Part shown: one piece after another, positions 50,615 through 60,000 of the stretch
How positions within the stretch are numbered: the stretch's first letter is position 1
Layout of the letters: each line of letters starts with the position of its first letter
NCBI RefSeq assembly: GCF_963921235.1
Contig: NC_086108.1
Span: 37,512,001-37,572,000, forward strand
DNA length: 60,000 bases
DNA from: Mobula hypostoma
Taxonomy: Eukaryota
Direction: 5' to 3'
The notes under the pieces: generated by a model
The model's input: only the letters and a program-made list of their open reading frames with translations
Told to the model about the DNA's origin: nothing
Database searches by the model: none
Made by a program: the position numbers and the translations under genes

Positions 50615-53290
50615 ACTAGAGTTACCTGTCTTTCTTTTGAGGATTACTTCTACTTTCCTTCTTTGCATATTTGTCAATTCATCTGAACCTCACCTGTGGC
50701 TAGAGAGGACATGAAGATCTTATTCAAAGCCCCAGCAATCTCATCTCTTGCTCTGTCAAACACCTGAGGTATATTCCATCTGGTGCTGGGGACTTAATCA
50801 CCTTAATATTTCCAACAATATTTCCTTCTTTATCTCTGAATACCTAGCATATTAGCATGCTCCACAATGATTTCTCTATCCTCCACATCCTTTTGCATGG
50901 TAAATATTGATGCAAAGTATTCATTTAGGGCATCCCTTATTCCCTGCTTCCAAGCACATGTTCCCTCTTTTATTGTTGTGAGGTTTGATCCTGTCCCTAC
51001 TTATCCCCTTGCTCTTGATGTTTTCATCGAATGCCTTGGGATTCTCATCAATCATACTTACTTAGAACTTTTCATAGTCCCTCTTGGCTGTCCTAATTCC
51101 CTTTGTGTGTTCTTTTCTAGCTTCTTTAAAATCTACAAGAGCATTGTTTGACTTCAGTTTCCTAAACCTTCCATACATTTCCTTTTACTTCTTGACTGAT
51201 TCACTACCTCTCTTGACCTTCAAAGCTCTTTTCCCATGACAGCCATCTCCTTCCCTCTCACTGGAACATATCTGTCGTATTCTCTGTATAGTTGGCCTTT
51301 AAACAGATGTGGAGAGTTGCACCCAATTAACTTTCCCAATTTCTTGCCTAACAATCTCATTATTTGCACTGCTCGAATTTAATACTCTCCTGCATTAATC
51401 CTTATCTGTAACTACTGTATCTGAAAACTTTAAGAGCTGTGATCACTGATCCCTAACTGTTCTCTCATTGAAAGGTGAATCTCACAGCTAGGCTTATTAC
51501 TCAGCACCAGATCTAGTACGAGCTCTCCACATTTTGGACTGTCTATATATTTAATGAAGAAATGCTCCTATATGCATCTATTAAATTCTTTCCCATTTAA
51601 ATCTTTTGACCAAGGGGTTCACAGTCTATGTTAAGGAAGTTGAAGTCACCCATAACAATAACCCTGTTCTCACACCTTTCCCTAATCTGACTGCATGCCT
51701 GCTTCTCAATTCTCAGTGGCCGTAAAGGCAATATAGTCCTATTTTATTTTTGAGATCTTGTTATTTAGACCCAGTGGATAAGCCCTGCAATATTTCTCTT
51801 CTGAGTGTAGATGAATAGTGCGAAAATTCTTTACCTCCTCCTCTACATTTTCTAAAACATTAGAACCCTAGAACATTAAGTGTCTAGTCCTGTAATTTTC
51901 TTAACAAAGTTTCTGTTATAGCCACAGCATATGGTTGACTAGAGGAAGGCCATACGTTATTTTGGATGCGTACATCAGGATGCTCTTCATTGACTTGACA
52001 GAGCTGTACAAGATGATAAGAGGCATAGATAGAGTCGATAGCTGGAGAATGTTTCTTCTTGGGCAGAAATGTCTCATACAAGGGGGCATAATTTTAAGGT
52101 GCTTGGATGGAAGTATGGGGGAGATGTCAGAAATAGTTTCTTTTCCCCCACACAGAGAGTGATAGATGAATGGAATGTGCTGACAGGGGTGGTGGTGAAG
52201 GCAGATACATTAGGGATATTTAAGAGATCCTTAGATAGGAACATGGATGAAGGAGAAATAGAAAACATGTGGGATGGAAGCATGAGATTGATCTTAGAGT
52301 AGGTTGAAGCATTGGTACAGAAACATGGGCCAAATAGCCTGTGCTATATTGCTCTATGTTCCATGTAACATCATAACTCGATGTACAAATCCATGCTGTA
52401 AATTCATCACCCCAATACATCTAGCATGAAAATAAATATACATTAATCTGTCCTTCCCTTCATGTCTATTTCCTCATTCCTCTTCTATTACCAGTTACCT
52501 GTTCTTTCTTGCAGACTTGTTGGTCATGACAACTACCATCCTCTCAATCTGTTCATTTTCTGACCTGCAGTTCTGGTTCCTACCCTCCCCCCCCCCCCCG
52601 TCAAACTAGTTTAAACTTTCCCAATTAGCATTAGCAAACTCTCGACCAGGATACTGGTTCCCCTCCAGTTAAGGCGCAACTCATCCCTCTTCTACGTGTC
52701 TCCCCCTCAGGAAAAACTTCCAATAATCCAAGATCCTGAAACCCCAATGCCTGCATCAGTTCCTCAGCCACTTATTCACCTACTCTGTTCTTTGCTACCT
52801 GCCCCTAATTAGCACGTAGCACTGGGAGCAATTCAGAAATTAAATTCCTTGAGATCTCGCTTTTCAGCATTTTTCCCAACTCCCTATACTGACTGTTCAG
52901 GACCTCTTACCCCACCCCAACCCCTTTCGACATACTTTCCACATAGCCAAGTAGTCTACCAAATAAAGTGGGACACCAAGTGTATGTCATTGGAGCTAAT
53001 AAGTGCACAATGGCCTCTGGTTGCTCCCCCTCCCCCTTGAGGATATTCTACATCCACTCCATGGCATCATTGATCCTGGCACCTGGGAGGCAACGCACCA
53101 CTTACAGCCTTAGAATCTCCTCTCCATCTCCCTAAATATTGAGTCTCCTGTCACCACTGCAGTGCTTGACTGTACGCTTCCCTGCTGATCCTCAGCTTCC
53201 TCAGTGCCGATGATCTGGCTGCTGCTGTTGGGCCCTGCAGATCATTCCCCCACCCCCCACTCCCTCAGCAGCATCCCAAGGGATGTACTT
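50615..53290 (-). mobile_element. Old, highly degenerate CR1 LINE (interrupted at ~51945-52365)
   Basis: Reverse-complement motifs: ctggggactt (KSP), gatgcaaagtattcatt (NEYFAS), gttgaagtcacccat (MGDFN), tagtttaaac (ORF1 end). Confidence 0.65.
51990..52365 (+). mobile_element. CR1 3' end
   Basis: DLTELYKMIRGIDRVD; TRGHNFKV; tail ctatgttccatgt. Confidence 0.85.
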
Positions 53291-53421
53291 GCTGCCGACC
53301 TGACAGCAACTAGACACGGTCAGTTTGTAATACTCGTTAAGAGCAGAAACAATTACTTCTTTTTTCGAAGAGTGTACATGTTCTATCTTGGTGTTGTAAA
53401 GAGGTCACTTGATTTTACATC

Positions 53422-53668
53422 GGCTGGTGGCGCAGTGAGATCAGCGCCGGGCTTGAGAACGGATGTTCCCGAGTTCGATCCAGTGACAGACCGCCCCCGT
53501 GCGTGCTCTCCATTCGCGCCGGGTTGATGTTGAGCACGCAACTCGGCCTTGTAAAAATAATACTGCGAAATGTCCGTGTGAGGAGTGGCGCCCCCCCCAC
53601 AGCCTTTCGAACTGCGCCTTGTAAGGCATGAAAATGCCCGACGCTGGCCTCTCAGGTCTGAGTCAACG

Positions 53669-53699
<31 letters not shown>

Positions 53700-53700
53700 G
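53422..53700 (+). mobile_element. Young tRNA-derived SINE with (CAT)n tail
   Basis: A box TGGCGCAGTG, B box GTTCGATCC; CpG-rich; about 10 CAT units; TSD ttacatc (53415-53421, 53701-53707). Confidence 0.88.
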
Positions 53701-53814
53701 TTACATCAGGGAAGTATGTTGCACCCAATTAATAGAGTAAAAAATTGAGTGAAATAAAATAAAATGCTGAACAAAGTTCCTTTTATACACAGTATACTTT
53801 CAGTATATAAATTT

Positions 53815-54280
53815 GTATAGTCGCAGCGCACAGAAAAAAGTGCTTCAGCTCAATCTGTCTATGCTGGCTACCAAGGACCATTCCCTTTTACCAGGTCTTC
53901 GTCCACAGCCTAATATACCTCAAGGATTCAAGTGCTCATCTAGATAAATGTTGCTAGAATCTCTGCTTTCATCACTTTCTCAAACATGCCTTCCAGGTTG
54001 CAAATAACCTCTGAATGGAAAGAGTTCTTCCTCACATCCCCTCTAAACCTACTCCTCACCATGTGCTCTCTCATCTTGAACATCTCTGTCCTGACAGGTT
54101 TTCATCCTGACTCCGTTGCTTCAAGGAAAATAAACGCAACATATCCAGTCTCTCTCCATAACGGAAATGCTCCATTCCAGGCAACATCCTGGTGAATCTC
54201 TTCTGCACCCTCTCTGGTACAATCACGTCCTTTCTCAAGTTTGGTGATCAGAACGGCACACAATGATCCACTTGCTGTAC
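53815..54280 (-). mobile_element. Old CR1 3' fragment
   Basis: Degenerate ttcctcacatcccctctaaacc and ggtgaatctcttctgcaccctctc motifs. Confidence 0.6.
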
Positions 54281-54360
54281 AAGGTGCAACTCTGTGTTAG
54301 TTGCTTACCTTTTCATTTAAAACTGAATTTCAAGTGTGTAGATTGTCACCCTCACACATA

Positions 54361-54901
54361 CAGCACTGTGCAAAAGTCTTAGGCACACACATATATATAT
54401 ATATATATATGTATAGCTAGGGTGCCTAAGACTTTTGCACAATATTGTAGGAATTTTAATGTATTGCACTGTACAGCTACAAAAAAAAAAGACAAATTGA
54501 CATCTGTGTGTGATGATAAATTTGATTCTGATATGAACTGAGAGTGGGAAGGGGGCTGCGAGAGGGGAATCATGGTTGGGAAAAGGGGAAGGGAGAGGGA
54601 AGCACCAGAGAGATATTCTGTAATGATCTACAAACTAATCGTTTGGAATCAAATGACTTTGCCTGGTGTCTCAGGGCTAAGTGTGTCTGCAGCACCTGTA
54701 CCACAGTCCCATCTCTGGCACTCCTTCTCTGCCACCTGTCCCACACCCCTCCCAAGGTGCTCCACCCTCACCATTCCCAACATCCTTTGCTCCCGCCAGA
54801 TTTACAGAGTCGCTCTCTGCTCCACGTTGACCAATACAGTACTGTGCAAAAGTCTTAGGTACCCTAGCTATCTATGTGCCCACGACTTGTGCACAGTACT
54901 G
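54361..54901. mobile_element. Composite Tc1-type MITE
   Basis: TA TSD; TIR cagcactgtgcaaaagtcttaggcac; each end is itself a TIR-TIR hairpin (54361-54447, 54837-54901). Confidence 0.8.
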
Positions 54902-55031
54902 TAATTATTTGAGAGTTATATAAGGCTTAGAATGTTTAAAATGTTTTTTGCCTAAATTTATATTTAATTCAAAAGAGCATGAATGCAGAACCTTTGACCA
55001 ATTATGGTCTCACAGCTATCAAGCATTAGCC

Positions 55032-55230
55032 AGCTGGTGATGTAGTGGCATCAGCATCGGACTTCAAGACCAAAAGCCCTGGGTCTGAATCCAGATGGTT
55101 CCTTTCAGGCTTTCCATCTGTGCTGGACTGAGTGTCGAGCTAGCAATTCAGCCGCGTAAAAAACAGTCAAATGCTACAGAAATGGCATAAACACCACCTG
55201 ATGCATCACAAGGCACAAAAAGGAACAGCA
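55032..55230 (+). mobile_element. Older tRNA-SINE related to 53422-53700
   Basis: gctggtgatgtagtggcatcagc...tccatctgtgctgg...gcaattcagcc..gtaaaaaa. Confidence 0.65.
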
Positions 55231-56867
55231 TCTATCTGTAATAATCCTATTTTTTCTTCTGCTTTTATACCTGAATCTCATATGCAAGCTCCCAATCTTT
55301 TTGCATTCTGCAAGATATTTTTTTAAAAATGTAGTTATAAATTAATGTTTTGTTCTTTCTAGTTTGCTGCTGTGAGAATTCTTCAATATGATTCATTGCT
55401 CAGTCAACTTGATTGCATCACAATGGCAGGATCCTGGAGACCTTCTTTAGAATCTAACACCAGAATTAATTTAACGCTGGAAGGAGACAAACTGGCAGCA
55501 TAATGATTTCAGGACATAAACAGACGATGCTGCAATCTCTAGCCAAAATCAAACTGCCGAAAGGACTCAGTGGTTCGAACAGCATCTATTGAAGGAAATG
55601 GACAGTCAACATTTTGAGTGGAGACCATTTATCTGTACTCTGCAGGCAACTTTGCTTGGGGTAGATAGGGAATAAATGCCTTCACAGGCTCTTAAGTCCG
55701 ACCTATTGTGTTATATCACAGAGTAAAAGGAATTTGGTTTTAGATCAGCCACTAGTTAAGTACCCCGCTTAATTTTTCATCCATTGGAAATATAGTTTTC
55801 CATTAATATTTTCATAAATGGAACACAAAACAGTACAGTACAGGATTCCAACTCGCAATGTTGTGCCAAACTAATTTAATTAGTAATTAAATGTGTAACT
55901 AAACCAACCCCTTCTGCTTACACAATGTCCAGATCTCATATATATTCATGACAGGAATAATTTATTGCTAATATTTTCAGTAAGCGATATCAAAGTGTAC
56001 ATGAATAGGAAAAAGTGATTTCAGCTCTTCCAGGATCTTTAATTTTTTGGGATTCCTTGCTTTTGAAAGTAATTGATCAATATAAAATAGATTAGAATTC
56101 CCAGATTATAAGAGAAAACTTATGAGCGGGTTTGATATGTTCCATAGGGCCTTACAGAAAGTATGCATGTAGATATTGGAAAATACATTTGTTCATGGCT
56201 ATAACAGTTTCCATAGTTAAGCAACGTAGACTCACTATCCAAGATTGGTTATGAAAAACATCCACTTGGCTACTGGGCGTGTTAAGCTGCCTTCAAGTCA
56301 GGAAAACAGAATCAAAGGTGAGTTTGTATTGGAATCAAATCTCCACAAATTGACAATTTCAAATGCAGTAACGTAACCTTGCAAAAGCAGCTAGCAATTT
56401 GAAGGGTGAAAGAAAAGCAATTCATCTCCATATTTTCTTGCATGCACCACTTGATACCTAGGCTGCATCAACCCCTTCAATGTTATAGAGTACATATTCC
56501 TCAACCTTCAGATGTGGATTGAAATATTATTCTTAATTATGACTTCAAAATTCCTTGATGTGCATACTATGTTGAATGTTATACACAGAACGATATTATA
56601 ACTCTTTGTAATATAAATACACCAATAGATTATCAAAACACTGGAAAAAAAGGTAAAAAAATATTTAGGCCTGTAGTGAATTAGCAGGTTCTCATGTATA
56701 GAGAATGCATCACAAATGGTTAGAGGAACAAAAAGACCAGGAAATACATTTATAAACTTAGACAAGTCAATAATAACTCAAACATGAAAACAGAGCATTG
56801 TGGCTCAGTCCTAGAGGAAAAGCAAAGATATTAAATTAAGGCTTGCATTAATCACAGAGATTTAAAA

Positions 56868-58325
56868 TACAAAAATGAGATGCAGATGATGGAAATCCAA
56901 GCAACACACACAAAATGCTGGAGGAACTCATTCGGCCAGGCAACATCTATGGAAAAGAGTAAACAATCGATGTTTCAGGCCAAGACCCTTCATCAGGACT
57001 GGAGAGAAAAAGATGAGAAGTCAGAGTAAGAAGGAGGGGAGAGAGGAGGAAGAAATACAAGGTAGTAAGTGATAGGAGAAACCAGCAGAAGGGGAGGGGT
57101 GAAGTAAAGAACTGGGAAGTCGATTAGTGAAAGGGATAAAGGGCTAGAGAAGGGGGAAACTGATAGGAGAGAACAGGAGGCCATGGAATAAAGGGAAGGG
57201 GAAGGAGCACCAGAGGGAGGTGTTGGGCAGGTAAGGAGATGAGGTGCAAGAGGGAAATGGGAATGTGAAGGAATGGAGCGAGCAATTACCCGAAGTTTGA
57301 GAAATCGATGTTTGATGCCATCAGGTTGGAGGCTACCCAGACACAAATAAGGTGTTGTTCCTCCAACCTGAGTGTGGCCTGTTTACAGCAGTAGAGAAGA
57401 CCATAGACTGACATCTCAGAAAGGGAATCGGAAGTAGAATTAAAATGGGTGGCCACTGAGAGATCCCACTTTTTCTGGTGGTTGGAACATAGATGCTTGG
57501 CGAAGTGGACACACAAAATCTACATTGGGTCTCATTGATATAGAGGAGGCCACACTGGGAGCACTGTGTACAGTAAATGACCCCAAAAGACTTGCAGTTG
57601 AAGTGTCGCCGCATCTGGAGAGACTCTTTGTGGCCCTGAATGGTACTGAGAGAGGAGGTGTAGGGGCAGGTGTAGCACTTGTTCTGCTTGCAAGGTTAAG
57701 TACCAGGAGAGAGATCAGCAGGGAGGGACGAATGGACAAGGGAGTCGTGTAGGAAGCGATGCCTGCAAAAAACAGAAAGTTGGGGCGGGGTGGAGAGGGA
57801 AAATGTGCTCGGTGTCGGGATCCTGCTGGAGACAGCAGAAGTTACAGAGAATTACGTGCTGGACATGGAAGGGTGGTGAAGTGGTTGGTGAGGACAAGAG
57901 GAATCCTATCTCTGGTGGGGTGCTGGGAGGATGTGGTGAGAGCAGACGTACATGAAATGGAAGATATGTGCTTGAGCTAGGATGGTGGAGGGAGAGAAGC
58001 CCCTTTCTTTGAAGAAGGAGGTCATCTCCTTAGTTCTGGAATAAAAAGTCTCATCCTGAGAACAGATGCAGAGGAGACAGAAGAATTGAAAGAAGGGGGT
58101 GGCATATTTACAAATAACAGAAAGGGAAGAGGTATAGAATCAGTGGGTTTATAAAAGATATCAATAGATTAGCTGTGTCCAGAGATAGAGACAGAGATCA
58201 AAAAAGGGGAGGGAGTTGTCAGAAATGGACCAGGTAAATTTGAGGGCAGGGTGGAAGTCGGAGGCAAAGTTGATGAAGTCGACAAGCTCTGCAAGGGTGC
58301 AGGAAGCATTATCAATGCACTCATC
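56868..58325 (-). mobile_element. Penelope-like element (RT C-terminus, GIY-YIG, terminal repeat)
   Basis: LVDFINFASDFHPALKFTWSISDNSLPFFDL; HFNCKSFGVIYCTQCSQCGLLYINET; RLEEQHLI. Confidence 0.9.
56964..57001 (-). ncRNA. Minimal hammerhead ribozyme motif in Penelope terminal repeat
   Basis: CAGUC-CUGAUGA-A-GGG(UCUUGG)CCU-GAAA-CAUC^GAUUG; 5-bp stem I with one G-U. Confidence 0.6.
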
Positions 58326-58541
58326 GAATTTAAAAAAAAACATTTAGTTTGGGTCTCCCTGTTGCAAGAAAGGAAAGAAATAGGGCTAAAAGAGGAGCTG
58401 TGATTCTAACTACCAGGGATTGTTGTACATGCTGAGGATCAATTCTCCAGGCAGAGGAAGCCAAAGGGTGAGCCATAGAGGTTTTTAAGATCAGATAGGT
58501 TTGCTGTGTTAGATTAGAGTAGATTATACAAAATGTTTCTA

Positions 58542-59593
58542 CAAACCCCATTTCCAGAAAAGTTGGGATATTTTCCAAAATGCAATAAAAACAAAAATCT
58601 GTGATATGTTAATTCATGTGAACCTTTATCTAACTGACAAAAGTACAGAGAAAAGATTCTCAATAGTTTTACTGACCAACTTAATTGTATTTTGTAAATA
58701 TACACAAATTTAGAATTTGATGGCTGCAACACACTCAACAAAAGTTGGGACAGACCCCTTTGCGCCAAAATTCGTGAGAGAATTGTTAGTCAGTTCAAAA
58801 GGAACATTTCTCAACGCAAGATTGCAGAGAATTTAGGTCTTTCAACATCTACAGTACATAATATTGTGACAAGATTCAGAGAATTCAGAGACATCTCAGT
58901 GCGTAAAGGGCAAGGTCGGAAACCACTGTTGAATGCGCATGATCTTCGAGCCCTCAGGCGGCACTGCCTAAGAAACCGTCATGCTACTGTGACAATTACA
59001 GCCACCTGGGCTCGGGAGTACTTCGGAAAACCATTGTCACTCAACACAGTCCGTCGCTGCATCCAGAAATGCAACTTGAAACTGTATTACGCAAGGAGGA
59101 AGCCATACATCAACTCTCTCAGAAACGCCAGAGAGTTCTCTGGGCCCGAGCTAATCTCAGATGTACCAAAAGACTGTGGAACCATGTGCTGTGGTCAGAT
59201 GAGTCCACATTTCAGCTAGTTTTTGGAAAAAACGGGCGTCGAGTTCTCCGTGCCAAAGATGAAAATGACCATCCAGATTGGTATCAGCGAAAGGTGCAAA
59301 AGCCAGCATCTGTGATGGTATGGGGGTGCATCAGTGCCCACGGCATGGGTGAGTTGCATGTATGTGAAGGTACCATTGACTCTGAGGCGTATATTAGGAT
59401 TTTAGAGAGACATATGTTGCCATCAAGGCGACATCTCTTCCCGGGACGTCCATGCTTATTTCAGCAGGACAATGCCAGACCACATTCTGCATGGGCTACA
59501 ACAGCCTGGCTTTGTAGACACAGAGTGCATGTGCTTGACTGGCCTGCTGCCAGTCCAGATCTATCTCCAATTGAAAATTTATGGCGCATCATA
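58542..59593 (+). mobile_element. Tc1 DD34E transposon, frameshifted, 3' part interrupted by CR1
   Basis: ta|caaaccccatttccagaaaagttggga terminus; KGQGRKP, WSDESTF, FQQDNARPH, SPDLSPIENLW with 34 residues between D and E. Confidence 0.92.
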
Positions 59594-60000
59594 AGACCAT
59601 AAGACCATAAGACAAAGGAGCAGAAGTAGGCCATTCGGCCCATCGAGTCTGCTCCGCCATTTTATCATGAGCTGATCCATTTTATCCTATTTAGTCCCAC
59701 TGCCCCGCCTTCTCACCATAACCTTTGATGCCCTGGCTACTCAGATACCTATCAATCTCTGCCTTAAATACACCCAATGACTTGGCCTCCACTGCTGCCC
59801 GTGGCAACAAATTCCATAGATTCACCACTCTCTGACTAAAAAAATTTCTTCGCATTTCTGTTCTGAAAGGGCGCCCTTCAATCCTGAAGTCATGCTCTCT
59901 CGTACTAGACTCCCCCATCATGGGAAACAACTTTGCCACATCCACTCTGTCCATGCCTTTTAACATTCGAAATGTTTCTATGAGGTCTCCCCTCATTCTT
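59591..60000 (-). mobile_element. CR1 LINE 3' end (continues beyond window)
   Basis: (ataagacc)n tail; MRGDLIETF..FFSQRVVNLWNLLP. Confidence 0.92.

Noticed and set aside
53424..53490. tRNA gene
   Set aside because: A/B boxes belong to a SINE head with body, tail and TSD; no full cloverleaf
1..60000. Prokaryote-style systems (CRISPR array, operon, defence island, retron)
   Set aside because: No regularly spaced repeat-spacer array or gene-dense organisation; all RT hits are fragmented eukaryotic LINE, Penelope or Gypsy sequence

Overview
Eukaryotic, repeat-dominated genomic DNA with no intact host protein-coding gene or intact transposon ORF that I can support. The repeat mix (many CR1-clade LINEs with short-tandem 3' tails, Rex1/Babar LINEs, Penelope-like GIY-YIG elements, HE1/V-SINE-like and tRNA-SINEs, Tc1/mariner and hAT relics, a sushi-like Gypsy relic) suggests an intron or intergenic region of a cartilaginous fish (shark/ray); this is an inference. 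Nearly all ORFs in the track are TE fragments or antisense shadows. The most interesting signal is a minimal type-I hammerhead ribozyme motif (stem I-CUGAYGA-A-stem II-GAAA-CGUC-stem I) in the Penelope terminal repeat, seen in about 10 copies. Some copies sit in short (115-200 bp) foldback insertions with target-site duplications (TSDs). Also notable: a four-level nested insertion inside a Tc1, a mariner MITE built from two right ends, a composite Tc1 MITE carrying a LINE tail, and a few weak candidate host exons. Family names come from motif recognition, not database searches; boundaries without a stated TSD/TIR are approximate.
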